Source: an uncultured Candidatus Saccharibacteria bacterium
GTDB lineage: Bacteria; Patescibacteriota; Saccharimonadia; Saccharimonadales; JBBQAJ01
Direction: 5' to 3'
DNA: 64,000 nt
NCBI GenBank assembly: GCA_964593805.1
Contig: CAZQHP010000001.1
Coordinates: forward strand, 256,091-320,090
Part shown: piece after piece, positions 27,409-37,304 of the stretch
Layout: each line of letters begins with the position of its first letter
How positions within the stretch are numbered: the stretch's first letter is position 1
The notes under the pieces: model-generated
Seen by the model: the letters and a program-made list of their open reading frames with translations, nothing else
What the model was told of the DNA's origin: nothing
Database searches by the model: none
Translations under genes and position numbers: made by a program

Positions 27409-29028
27409 ATGAAATTACGAAAACTTTTCAACCGACTTGATCTAAAAACTAAAGCTTTGATTTTAGGTGTTGCTGGCGGTATTTTGATAGCCGCTCCAAT
27501 AGCTGTAATGGCAGGGTATGGTCCTAATGGCGCTGAACGCCCAACGTATGACTGGCTAAGTAGCGACCCCGCAATTCACAACGGTCCTACCGACGGCCCG
27601 CACTTCAACAGTTACATAAACACCGACGTATACGGCGACGAACGAGCTTTCTTTGATACCAAGGCTTGTTTAGCCGCTGGTGACGCATGTTATACGACCG
27701 GTCCCGTAGACGGCAATCCAAACGCATTGGCATATCACGATAAAATGACCGTAACGCCAACAGCTGATGGCACTGAGTACTTGGTTCGTGCCTATGTGCA
27801 TAACGACGCCAACCCATCTGCCAACGGCACAAACAACAACGGTGTTGGCGTGGCCAAAGACACCCGTGTGCGAGTTGAAATTCCTGGTGGCGTAGCCAAC
27901 GGTTTTACTATGCAAGCCCGGATAAATGCATCTAACGCGATTCCAAAAGAAGTGTACGATACCGTTGACTTAAAGAACGATTCACAAGCTTTCTCAGTAG
28001 CTTTCGTGCCTGGTTCTGCTCGCATGTATAATGCCGCACTTGCCGCTAACGGCGATAACTTCAACAACTTCATTCCTGTTGGCGACGACATAGTAAGCCC
28101 CACCGGGGCACTTATTGGCGCAAAGACATTAGACGGCGTATGGCCCGGCTGTTTTGATTTTGCGGGATATGTGGTTTTCCGCATAAAAGTTCAGACACCA
28201 AAATTAGATGTTCAGAAGGGTGTGTCAAAAGTTGAAGTTCCTACAAAAGCTGACCTAAGCGAAAATATTACCGTAAATCGTGGAGATACCGTTAGTTGGA
28301 GAATTGACTACAAAAACAACAGCGCGGCAGTTTTAGACGAGATTACCATTCGTGACCAAATTCCTGCTGGCTTGACTCTGGTGCCTGGTTCAATCACTTG
28401 GTCAGACAACGCCCACAATCTTGAAGTCCAGCCAGATAACGCACTGAGCGGTGGCGGTGGCAACGTCGGCAGTTATGCCCCTAGTGGCAATGGCGTTATC
28501 CGTTTCCGAACAAAGGTTACCGCTGACCCGAGCGTATGTGAAATTGTAAACAATGCCTTTGGTCGTGCGACTGGCGTCCCCGAGGTTGGAGATACAGCTA
28601 TAATTACAATTGCGAATTGTAATCCAAAGGTAGCACAATTTAGTTGTGATCTATTGGATGTTACAAAGGGTGATAATCGACTAGTAACACTCAGTACGTT
28701 CAAGACATCTCAGTCAAATGGAGCAACCTTTAAGGATGCAACCATAACGTGGGGCGACGCAACCAGTGCTCAAATACTGAACCCTGTCGTTGGCAAAACC
28801 CACAGCTACCAAACTGACGGACCGTTTACTATCACTGCTACAGCCCGCTTTAGTGTAAATGGCAAGGATCAGACCGCAACAAGCACGAACTGTTCAAAAA
28901 CGGTTTCATTTGTTGTTAGCACGCCGCCCACGACACTGCCTTCTACCGGTCCTGGCGATGTGTTTGGAATATTCTCCGGTGTTAGCATTCTAGGTGCATT
29001 TTTGCACCGACGCTTCACAAGAGGGTAA
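27409..29028 (+). CDS. LPXTG-anchored surface protein with DUF11/CARDB-like repeat domain
   Basis: Signal peptide, then VSWRIDYKNNSAAVLDEITIRDQIPAGLTLVPGSITW. C-terminal sorting signal is LPSTG plus a hydrophobic stretch plus RRFTRG. Confidence 0.8.
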   Translation: MKLRKLFNRLDLKTKALILGVAGGILIAAPIAVMAGYGPNGAERPTYDWLSSDPAIHNGPTDGPHFNSYINTDVYGDERAFFDTKACLAAGDACYTTGPVDGNPNALAYHDKMTVTPTADGTEYLVRAYVHNDANPSANGTNNNGVGVAKDTRVRVEIPGGVANGFTMQARINASNAIPKEVYDTVDLKNDSQAFSVAFVPGSARMYNAALAANGDNFNNFIPVGDDIVSPTGALIGAKTLDGVWPGCFDFAGYVVFRIKVQTPKLDVQKGVSKVEVPTKADLSENITVNRGDTVSWRIDYKNNSAAVLDEITIRDQIPAGLTLVPGSITWSDNAHNLEVQPDNALSGGGGNVGSYAPSGNGVIRFRTKVTADPSVCEIVNNAFGRATGVPEVGDTAIITIANCNPKVAQFSCDLLDVTKGDNRLVTLSTFKTSQSNGATFKDATITWGDATSAQILNPVVGKTHSYQTDGPFTITATARFSVNGKDQTATSTNCSKTVSFVVSTPPTTLPSTGPGDVFGIFSGVSILGAFLHRRFTRG

Positions 29029-29307
29029 ACCCCTACCTGTGGATAAACCACTAGCATAATCAAGAGAATTGTGTTAGGGTACTAGTAGCAAAGTCGTGAC
29101 TGACCGCTCCAGCTTAAAAATTGTATTGCGACTTCCGTAAAGCGACGGGAGTCGTTTTACTTTCAGTCTACAACAATTTTCTGCGCCTACCCCACGACGA
29201 ATCCTCTCGTCGTGGGGACCCCGAAAATCCTTCATCAAATTAGCGGGGGATTTCATTTTGGCCTCTGTTATGGTACACTCACGTGGTCTTATAGCAGTTA
29301 CAACCGT

Positions 29308-29382
29308 GGCCCCTTCGTCCAGCGGTTAAGACGCCGGGTTTTCATCCCGGTAACACGAGTTCGACTCTCGTAGGGGTCACCA
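29308..29382 (+). tRNA. tRNA-Glu (anticodon UUC), CCA encoded
   Basis: GGCCCCTTCGTCCAGCGGTTAAGACGCCGGGTTTTCATCCCGGTAACACGAGTTCGACTCTCGTAGGGGTCACCA. Anticodon loop TTTTCAT, T loop TTCGACT. Confidence 0.9.
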
Positions 29383-29497
29383 TCTAGAAGCTTATCTCTA
29401 TACACCCTAGAGCCACCAAACCACTCACGCCCATTTACAGAGGCCATTTGCCACTATTTTATTGCAAATAATGACTGGCAAGCTTATGCTTAACAGT

Positions 29498-30223
29498 ATG
29501 AATAAACTTAAGCATAATGAATCAGGTTTTGGAGCTGTTGAAGCAATATTAATAATTGTAATTATAGCCGTTCTGGGTTTTGTTGGCTGGTACGTATATA
29601 AACAAAAAGATTTAATAAAAACGCCCAAAGAAACGGCGCAGCAAAATTCAAAGAAAGATGAAAGTTCGGCGGCCACTAGCCAAGGAACTGCAAGCTGTAC
29701 GGCACCGGCTGAATATACCGTTTATACCAACGAAGAAATAGGATATTGTTTTGTTTATCCAACTGTTTGGGGCACTGTAACGCTCCATGACGGAGTCATT
29801 AACCCCGCCTATGAGCCCGCGGGTGCTTACTGGGGAAGTTTTAGCGCCAATGCCAACGCAAGCTTTGGGCACGTCAGGACAGATTGGACGTACAGCGGAC
29901 CAGGCCGCGGCGGCCCAATAAATGCTACCGGATTTACGGTCTACGAAATGTTTACGCCCCACGAATCCACTCCAAGCACGATTATAATTAACAATGCCGA
30001 TAAAGTACTGGTAGCTACCAACTCTATGCTTGATATAGAAGGCGCTATTGTAAAATCCCAACGCCGCTTTACGGAAACGCCAAACTATGCCGGCATGTCG
30101 TTCCAATTGAACGTACCGTCCAGCGGCAGTTTTGACCCAAGTACCGACAGCCCCAGCAGTCTTGTGACCGAAGCCCAGTTTGACACCATGGAAATCATTC
30201 TCAATTCGGTGGTCGAACTCTAA
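29498..30223 (+). CDS. pilin-like protein with prepilin-type N-terminus
   Basis: MNKLKHNESG/FGAVEAILIIVIIAVLGFVGWYV resembles a class-III signal: Gly, then Glu at +5, then a hydrophobic helix. ORF track start 29462; ATG 29498 preferred. Confidence 0.55.
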   Translation: MNKLKHNESGFGAVEAILIIVIIAVLGFVGWYVYKQKDLIKTPKETAQQNSKKDESSAATSQGTASCTAPAEYTVYTNEEIGYCFVYPTVWGTVTLHDGVINPAYEPAGAYWGSFSANANASFGHVRTDWTYSGPGRGGPINATGFTVYEMFTPHESTPSTIIINNADKVLVATNSMLDIEGAIVKSQRRFTETPNYAGMSFQLNVPSSGSFDPSTDSPSSLVTEAQFDTMEIILNSVVEL

Positions 30224-30286
30224 AATAGAATATACAACTCAATACTACTTGTAACCAATAACCATAACAGGTTAGAATGTATCTAA

Positions 30287-31729
30287 ATGGTGGAAACTAC
30301 TTACGGGGTACCAAACGTACCGGTTGCTAAATTTAAACGTACCAAGATAATTGCTACACTTGGGCCAGCCACAGATAGCTATGATTCGGTATTAAAACTT
30401 ATCAAAGCCGGTGCCAATGGCATACGGCTAAACTTTGGTCATGGCGCCCCAGAAGACCGCACAAGACAGATAAAATGGATTCGCCAAGCAGCCGCTGAAT
30501 ACGGCAAGCCAATAGCTATCATCCAAGACTTGCAAGGGCCCAAAATCCGCCTCGGAGACTTTGACAGCATTATAAACGTGCAAAAAGGCCAAACACTGCG
30601 CTTCGGCTACAAAGCAAAATTTGCCGACGACGGTGTTCTGCCTACGCAATATGATTTGAGCAAAAAAGTTAAGCGCGGAGAGCGCCTATACCTATACGAC
30701 GGCCAAGTAAAAACAGTTATAACCAACGTCAAAGACGGCATAGTTCACGCCACAGCCGAAAACGAAGGCATAATCATCAAAAGAAAAGGTATAAATTTGC
30801 CTGACACGAACTTTGACGGCGACGTTATAACCAAAAAAGACAAGGAAGACCTAGCATTTGGTTCAGAACATGACATTGACTATGTGGCGCAGAGTTTTGT
30901 GCAATCTGCCAGAGATATACGAGCCATGCGACGAATCATGAACAACCTGGGAATGACCGCCAAACTAATAGTCAAATTCGAAACTCGCTCAGCAGTAGAA
31001 AACATGACGGATATCGTCAAAGAATCAGACGTTGTCATGATTGCTCGTGGTGATTTAGCAGTAGAAGCTCCGGCGGAGTCTGTGCCAATCATCCAGCGTC
31101 AATTAGTAGGTCTTGGTATAAAATATTCCAAACCAACCATTGTCGCGACCCAAATGTTATTTAGCATGACCGAAAGCTCCGAACCTACTCGAGCGGAGGT
31201 TTCTGACATTGCTACCGCTGTTATAATCGGTGCCGACTGCGTGATGTTGAGTGACGAAACAGCCAATGGTAAATACCCCATAAAATCGGTCGAAACCATG
31301 AAAAAAGTTATTTTATACACTCAAGCAAACTCGCCGTTAAGAGCGATCTACAATGATGACGACAAGGTGGCAAAAACCAAACAAGCCGCAATCGCGGAAG
31401 CAGTTATAAATCTAGCAAACAACGTAGAGGCCAAAGCAATCGTGGCCGAAACGAAGTCCGGCGAAACGGCATTGCAGCTTGTGTCGAGAAGGCCCAACCA
31501 GCCAATTGTCGCCGTGACGTCTGTTGCCAGAGTCGCTCAACAACTGGCAATCGTATACGGAGTGAAAAGCTACGTCAGGCCGGACGACAAACTAGCTGCT
31601 ACCAAATTAACTAATTGGCTGCAGCAAAACAAAGTACTCAAAAAAGCAGATATGGTAGTTACGGCTTCGGGGCAGTACCCAGGGGTAGTTGGCACCACAG
31701 ACACCATAAAAGTCAGGATACTTAAATGA
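30287..31729 (+). CDS. pyk: pyruvate kinase
   Basis: KIIATLGPA, NFGHG, IARGDLAVE and MLSDETANGKYP motifs. Confidence 0.9.
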   Translation: MVETTYGVPNVPVAKFKRTKIIATLGPATDSYDSVLKLIKAGANGIRLNFGHGAPEDRTRQIKWIRQAAAEYGKPIAIIQDLQGPKIRLGDFDSIINVQKGQTLRFGYKAKFADDGVLPTQYDLSKKVKRGERLYLYDGQVKTVITNVKDGIVHATAENEGIIIKRKGINLPDTNFDGDVITKKDKEDLAFGSEHDIDYVAQSFVQSARDIRAMRRIMNNLGMTAKLIVKFETRSAVENMTDIVKESDVVMIARGDLAVEAPAESVPIIQRQLVGLGIKYSKPTIVATQMLFSMTESSEPTRAEVSDIATAVIIGADCVMLSDETANGKYPIKSVETMKKVILYTQANSPLRAIYNDDDKVAKTKQAAIAEAVINLANNVEAKAIVAETKSGETALQLVSRRPNQPIVAVTSVARVAQQLAIVYGVKSYVRPDDKLAATKLTNWLQQNKVLKKADMVVTASGQYPGVVGTTDTIKVRILK

Positions 31730-31736
31730 AAAGAAA

Positions 31737-31875
31737 CCCACATTTCCCATTTCCCATTTCCCATTTCCCATTTATTTCCCAATTTTCATTTTTCAAATTA
31801 GAACTCGACAATTTTTTTGTCTGTCAAATGTCAAATGGCAAGTTTCTGGTAAATGGTAAATGGAAACTGGTAAAT
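31737..31875. repeat. inverted CATTTCC-heptamer array element (copy d)
   Basis: Left arm is CATTTCC x4 followed by degenerate 7-mers. Right arm is TGTCAAA TGTCAAA TGGCAAG TTTCTGG TAAATGG TAAATGG AAACTGG, the imperfect complement. Confidence 0.7.
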
Positions 31876-31896
31876 CTTACTCCCATAGGGAGTAAG
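31876..31896 (+). promoter_or_regulatory. perfect hairpin sequestering the pgk Shine-Dalgarno
   Basis: CTTACTCCC-ATA-GGGAGTAAG. GGGAG is the only SD-like element before GTG 31896 / GTG 31899. Confidence 0.5.
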
Positions 31897-33194
31897 TGGT
31901 GAGTTTTGACAAAAAAACAATCAACGACATAGATTTTTCTGGCAAGCGTGTTTTACTGCGCGTGGACTATAACGTGCCTAAAGACAGCGAAGGTAGGATT
32001 ACCGATGACTACAGAATCAAAAAATCCCTGCCAACCATTCAATATTTACTAGTTCGCAGCGCCAAAATAGTGATAATTTCTCACATGGGACGTCCAAACG
32101 GCAAAGTCGACAAAAAATACACGCTCAAGCCATGCGCCGAACGGCTGAGCAAACTTCTAGACAAACCAGTTGAGTTTCTAGAAGACTGCATAGGAGCCAC
32201 AACTGAACAGAGCATAAAAGATGCTCAAAACGGCAGTATAACTCTCCTAGAAAACGTACGATTTCACCCGGAAGAAGAGCAAAACGACGAAAGTTTTGCT
32301 AAGAAACTATCGACCTACGCGGACGTCTTTGTTCAAGATGCATTTGGAGTCGTTCACCATCCGGCCGTGTCAGTGACAGAGCTACCCAAACATCTTCCGG
32401 CAGTTGCCGGGTTGTTACTGGAAAAAGAAGTCAGTACCATAACCGAAGTCATGAACAATCCCAAAAGACCGCTCATGGCTATAATTGGCGGAGCCAAGAT
32501 TAGCGATAAACTGGACATCATCAACAGATTTATCGATGTTGCCGATTTTGTAGCAATAGGCGGCGCCATGGCAAATACGTTTCTACTCGCCGAAGGTATA
32601 AAAGTCGGGAAGAGCGTGGTAGAGCCGGAAGCAGTTCCGCTAGCGAAAAAAATTATTGCCAAAGCGGGAGAAAAGGCCAAAAAACAGCGATTTACATTTT
32701 ATCTCCCGCAAGATGGGGTTGTTGCGTCTGAAATTTCTAAAACAGCCAAAACCCGGATTGTAGACTGGGATGCTCACGTGATAGCCCAAGAACAAAATTA
32801 TCCAAAACAACCTCCCAGGCAGTCGGCATATGTCCTAGCCGATGAAATGATTCTGGACATTGGGCCATTCACCGGCGCGTTCATAGCTGGGGCCATGCAA
32901 CAGTGCAATACCGTAATCTGGAACGGCGCCATGGGCGTTACTGAAGTACCGGCTCTGAGCGGGCCAGTTGGTCCATTTGCTCATGGTACGGATTTAATCG
33001 TGGACTCTATGCTGGGTGAATACGGGCAAAAACCCTTCTCGGTTTTGGGCGGCGGCGACACCGTCGGGTATATTGAGCAACTCAAACTGACAGATATGTT
33101 TAGTCACGTTTCAACTGGCGGCGGAGCAAGTATGGAACTAATGAGCGGCAAAAAATTACCCGGAGTCGAAGTGCTCCAAAATAAAGCAAAGTAA
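31896..33194 (+). CDS. pgk: phosphoglycerate kinase
   Basis: GKRVLLRVDYNVP, ISHMGRP, and GGGDT near the C-terminus. GTG start, 31896 or 31899. Confidence 0.9.
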   Translation: MVSFDKKTINDIDFSGKRVLLRVDYNVPKDSEGRITDDYRIKKSLPTIQYLLVRSAKIVIISHMGRPNGKVDKKYTLKPCAERLSKLLDKPVEFLEDCIGATTEQSIKDAQNGSITLLENVRFHPEEEQNDESFAKKLSTYADVFVQDAFGVVHHPAVSVTELPKHLPAVAGLLLEKEVSTITEVMNNPKRPLMAIIGGAKISDKLDIINRFIDVADFVAIGGAMANTFLLAEGIKVGKSVVEPEAVPLAKKIIAKAGEKAKKQRFTFYLPQDGVVASEISKTAKTRIVDWDAHVIAQEQNYPKQPPRQSAYVLADEMILDIGPFTGAFIAGAMQQCNTVIWNGAMGVTEVPALSGPVGPFAHGTDLIVDSMLGEYGQKPFSVLGGGDTVGYIEQLKLTDMFSHVSTGGGASMELMSGKKLPGVEVLQNKAK

Positions 33195-33217
33195 GTGATA
33201 CAATAAACATAACCGTT

Positions 33218-34015
33218 ATGAAAAGAATACTAATAGTCGGAAACTGGAAAATGCATCTCACTGTACACGAGGCCAGTATATTGGTACACCGATTGACTGA
33301 ACGGATACGAATTCATCGAGACATTGAGATTGTAATCGCACCGAGCTTAGTTAGCTTGCAGCCAATGTACATGCAGCTTGATCATCGTAAGTTTGGTCTG
33401 GCGGCGCAGAACGCTTACCACGTAGACGAAGGTCAATATACGGGAGAGGTTAGTTTTAGCATGCTAAGAGGGCTTGTAGATTACGTGATAGTTGGTCATT
33501 CTGATAGGCGCTACAAGTTTGGAGAATCTCTAGAAACTATCCGAGACAAAGTAGCTGGCTGCGTGCGAAACAAAATCGTACCCATTTTGTGCGTGGGAGA
33601 AACAAAGAATGAGCGGCTAGAGGGCGAAACCATGCAAGTTTTGCACGACCAAGTCACTACCGCGCTCAGCAATCTCACAGATGACGAAGTCGAAAACATT
33701 GTGATTGCCTATGAGCCAGTCTGGGCCCTGAGCAACGGCAAAGATTTTACGCATCACGAGATCCCGACTCCAGACATTATTACCAAAGCAGTCAGCTCTA
33801 TCCGCAACAACGTACGGCATTTGTACGGCAAAAAAGTAGCCGAAAATATGCGAGTTCTTTACGGTGGTAGTTCGAGCTCATCCACAGCACATGGTCTGCT
33901 TTCAGCAAATGGTGTCGATGGACTGTTAGTAGGAGGAGCAAGTTTGAACTATCATGAGTTTAGCGGCATAGTAGAAGCAGCTTATAGGGTAAATCATGAA
34001 ACAGAAGAAACGTAA
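33218..34015 (+). CDS. tpiA: triosephosphate isomerase
   Basis: VGNWKMH, VIVGHSDRR, YEPVWA and GGASL motifs. Confidence 0.9.
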   Translation: MKRILIVGNWKMHLTVHEASILVHRLTERIRIHRDIEIVIAPSLVSLQPMYMQLDHRKFGLAAQNAYHVDEGQYTGEVSFSMLRGLVDYVIVGHSDRRYKFGESLETIRDKVAGCVRNKIVPILCVGETKNERLEGETMQVLHDQVTTALSNLTDDEVENIVIAYEPVWALSNGKDFTHHEIPTPDIITKAVSSIRNNVRHLYGKKVAENMRVLYGGSSSSSTAHGLLSANGVDGLLVGGASLNYHEFSGIVEAAYRVNHETEET

Positions 34016-34607
34016 AATGGCACCCAAAAAAGACATTTCAAAAACCATGGACGTGTCAAAGCCCGGCAGATCGACGCCTGATACATCGGCTAGGCCAGTT
34101 ATAGTCACTAACCGGTCTATAGTTCAAGACCCAACGCTAAAAGATGACTCCAAAGACGATTCAAAACAAGCGGATAAAACATTCGCACGGGGAGAAAAAA
34201 CAATCACCCCGGTGAGCAAAATAACCCCCCAGGATTCGACTACAGACGAAACCAAGCCAGCAGAAACCCCCGCGCCACCGGCTGCGGCATCTGAAAAATT
34301 CGATATCGCAAAAGAACGAGCCAAAGAAGCGGCTGTTGTCGATGCCGTAGCCGACCAAGCCACCGAAGACAAGAAAAAACAAAACAAAGACAGCGACGCC
34401 GAAATTGCCCGTAAAAAGGCCTTAGAAAAACTTGTCGCGGACAAAAAATACTTTGTCCCCATAGGTCAAGTATCCCGCCGCCGCAACCGCCGAGCGGTCT
34501 TAGTGTTTGTAATATTGTTGATCCTCATTATCGGGGGATATTTAGCCCTCGACGCTGAAATTATTAAATCATCTATAAGTCTCCCATTCGACTTAGTAAA
34601 AAGTTAG
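33996..34607 (+). CDS. hypothetical charged low-complexity protein with C-terminal TM anchor
   Basis: Lys/Asp/Ala-rich N-terminal region followed by RRRNRRAVLVFVILLILIIGGYLAL. The exact start is uncertain. Confidence 0.5.
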   Translation: MKQKKRKMAPKKDISKTMDVSKPGRSTPDTSARPVIVTNRSIVQDPTLKDDSKDDSKQADKTFARGEKTITPVSKITPQDSTTDETKPAETPAPPAAASEKFDIAKERAKEAAVVDAVADQATEDKKKQNKDSDAEIARKKALEKLVADKKYFVPIGQVSRRRNRRAVLVFVILLILIIGGYLALDAEIIKSSISLPFDLVKS

Positions 34608-34621
34608 TCTGTTAAAATAGC

Positions 34622-36778
34622 TTGGTGTTAGACGACTTATTAAAGGGACTAAATCCTGAACAACAGCGGGCGGTGGAGCAGACTGAAGGACCGCTATTGA
34701 TTCTTGCCGGCGCTGGCAGTGGCAAAACCAAAACGCTGACTCACAGAATTGCTCACATCATAGCAAGCCATAAAGCAACACCGTATAACATCTTGGCCGT
34801 AACTTTTACCAACAAAGCTGCCAAAGAAATGCGCCAGCGCGTAGCCGAATTAACTGAAGAAAATGCCCAGAACCGCTCATTCATGCCGTATATGGGTACC
34901 TTTCACGGAATCTGCGTTCGTATACTCAGACAAGATGGCGACCACGTGCATGTTCCAAAAAATTTTGTGATTTTTGATGAAGGCGACAGAGTAAGTGCCG
35001 TAAAACAAGCCAGCAAACAACTAATGATTGACGAAAAAGCATTTCCCCCGCGTGCAATTTCGTCATTGATAAGTAGTGCCAAGAACGAGCTTATCAGCCC
35101 AAATGAATATCTCGGGATGGGTAGTGGCCCGTTGCATAAAGCAGCCGCTCAAGTTTATCCAATCTATCAGAAAATCTTAAAAGACAACCAAGCACTGGAT
35201 TTTGATGATTTAATTGGCCGCGTAGTGCAGCTGCTGCAAACCAATCAGGAAATTCGAGACAAATGGCGCCGCCAGTTCGCCTACATAATGATAGACGAAT
35301 ACCAAGACACCAACGCTGCTCAGTACAAGCTAATCAAGCTGCTGACTAACGACAAACACAATATTGCCGTCGTGGGCGATGACTGGCAGAGCATATACAG
35401 CTGGCGAGGCGCTGATTTTCGCAATATTTTGAACTTTGAAAAAGATTACCCCAAAGCAACCATCATTAAACTGGAACAGAACTATCGCAGTACCAAATCC
35501 ATCTTGGACGGCGCACACGCCGTGATAACCAAAAACGATCAAAGATCAGATAAAAAACTTTGGACAAGTTCAGCGGCAGGCAAGCCAATCCAGATAACCC
35601 AGGTCAATAGTGAGAGGGCAGAGGGCGAAGCCATAATCCGCCGAGTCAAAACAGCGACAGATATAAAAACCCGCAAGTTTGCTGATTTTGCAGTGTTATA
35701 CAGAACCAACGCCCAGAGCCGGGCCATAGAAGAATCATTCATACGCTACGGCGTGCCGTACCGGATAGTTGGCGGTCAGCGGTTCTATGACCGCAAAGAG
35801 ATAAAAGACATCATGGCGTATTTGCGTCTAATTTACCAGCCCTCAGACAGAGTCAGCTTTGAGCGAATAGTAAATGTGCCCACACGCGGGATAGGGACCA
35901 AGTCTTTGCAAAATTTCTTTGCATGGCAGTCTTCGAAAGATCTATCTTTACAAGTAGCTTTAACAGATTATCAGGACTGTCCTGATATACCTTCAAAGGC
36001 CAAAAAAGGCTTTGCGGAAGTTGGAGATATTGTGAATAGTTTCAGGGAAATTATGGACAAAACGCCTTTGCCGGTGCTTCTGGACAGTTTGATTCGCCGG
36101 TTGGACTACATGAATTATTTAGACGACAAAACTCCCCAGGGCGATTCACGCCAAGAAAATGTAAAAGAACTTCTGAGCGTAGCCAAAAGTTATCAAGACG
36201 TCGGCCTGGACTGGTTTTTAGAAGAAGTTGCCCTGATAAGCGACATAGACAGTGCCGATTTTGGTAACAATGCTGTAACGCTTATGACACTTCACGCTGC
36301 CAAGGGATTGGAGTTCCCGGTAGTTTTTATGATAGGCATGGAAGAAACCATATTCCCGCACAGTAGAGCCCTCTATGACCAATCCGAAATGGAAGAAGAG
36401 CGACGGCTATGCTACGTTGGCATGACCCGCGCCAAAGAAGAACTGTACCTGCTGTACGCCAGCAGCCGTATGCTCTACGGCGGCGTGCAGCACAATCCGC
36501 CATCACGATTCTTAAGTGAAATTGACGGAGAAGTACAACTAGCCTCCGGATTTGAGGACTCCTATCAGAATAAAGATACTGCTACTGGGTCGCACCCTAT
36601 AGCAGATGCTTCTGGGGCGCACTATGTACCGGATCTGAACGAGGGCGACGGCGTGAAGCACCAAGTGTTTGGCGTGGGCACGGTCTTAGAGGTGGAAGGC
36701 GACAACGCCACCATTTACTTCAAAGGCAAAGGCACCAAGAAACTGAACATTGCCTTCGCGCCGCTGGAGAAATTGTGA
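34622..36778 (+). CDS. pcrA: ATP-dependent DNA helicase PcrA/UvrD (SF1)
   Basis: AGAGSGKTKTLTHR (motif I), DEYQDTN (II), VGDDWQSIYSWRGA (III), QNYRST (IV) and VGMTRAKEEL (VI). Confidence 0.9.
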   Translation: MVLDDLLKGLNPEQQRAVEQTEGPLLILAGAGSGKTKTLTHRIAHIIASHKATPYNILAVTFTNKAAKEMRQRVAELTEENAQNRSFMPYMGTFHGICVRILRQDGDHVHVPKNFVIFDEGDRVSAVKQASKQLMIDEKAFPPRAISSLISSAKNELISPNEYLGMGSGPLHKAAAQVYPIYQKILKDNQALDFDDLIGRVVQLLQTNQEIRDKWRRQFAYIMIDEYQDTNAAQYKLIKLLTNDKHNIAVVGDDWQSIYSWRGADFRNILNFEKDYPKATIIKLEQNYRSTKSILDGAHAVITKNDQRSDKKLWTSSAAGKPIQITQVNSERAEGEAIIRRVKTATDIKTRKFADFAVLYRTNAQSRAIEESFIRYGVPYRIVGGQRFYDRKEIKDIMAYLRLIYQPSDRVSFERIVNVPTRGIGTKSLQNFFAWQSSKDLSLQVALTDYQDCPDIPSKAKKGFAEVGDIVNSFREIMDKTPLPVLLDSLIRRLDYMNYLDDKTPQGDSRQENVKELLSVAKSYQDVGLDWFLEEVALISDIDSADFGNNAVTLMTLHAAKGLEFPVVFMIGMEETIFPHSRALYDQSEMEEERRLCYVGMTRAKEELYLLYASSRMLYGGVQHNPPSRFLSEIDGEVQLASGFEDSYQNKDTATGSHPIADASGAHYVPDLNEGDGVKHQVFGVGTVLEVEGDNATIYFKGKGTKKLNIAFAPLEKL

Positions 36779-37236
36779 ATCGGCTTTGGCTCAAACTTGG
36801 CGTGCTGGTGTTTTGGTTAAGCTGGCCGGCGCTGTGGGTTTATTTGTACCGCACCAAACGCACTCGTTTACTGATTGTGTCTGGCGGCGAGTTTTTGGTT
36901 TTGCGCGGCTGGCTTGGCGCCGGCAACTGGAACCTGCCGGGCGGCGGCCTGCACAAAGGCGAAGAGCTGCTAACAGGCCTGTTGCGTGAAGTGCAAGAAG
37001 AAACCGGGCTGGCGTTTGCCAAAGAGCAAATTAAGCCTCTGTTGAAGGGTTTGTATCACGAATACGGCTTTAGGTTTACATATGATTGCTACGTCTTGGA
37101 ATTGCCCCAAAAGCCCGAAATCAAAAAGCAGCGGTGGGAGATTGCCGACCATGCTTGGCAGCCAGTTATAAATCCCCGGCTCAAGCTCGCGCAAGACGCC
37201 CGCGCCGCGCTTGAGAAGTGGCTAAGTGAAAGGTGA
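36775..37236 (+). CDS. NUDIX hydrolase with N-terminal TM segment
   Basis: Nudix box GGGLHKGEELLTGLLREVQEETGL. GTG start overlaps the pcrA stop. Confidence 0.8.
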   Translation: MNRLWLKLGVLVFWLSWPALWVYLYRTKRTRLLIVSGGEFLVLRGWLGAGNWNLPGGGLHKGEELLTGLLREVQEETGLAFAKEQIKPLLKGLYHEYGFRFTYDCYVLELPQKPEIKKQRWEIADHAWQPVINPRLKLAQDARAALEKWLSER

Positions 37237-37304
37237 TTTGTTAAACTGCTAGGTGGCTGGCGTGAGTTTTTGTTGTTTATCCAGCTCGCCGGCAGCGCCA
37301 AATT

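Noticed and set aside
29074-29256. 60-aa minus-strand ORF upstream of tRNA-Glu
   Set aside because: It spans perfect hairpins, has no Shine-Dalgarno, and is more plausibly structured RNA or spacer.
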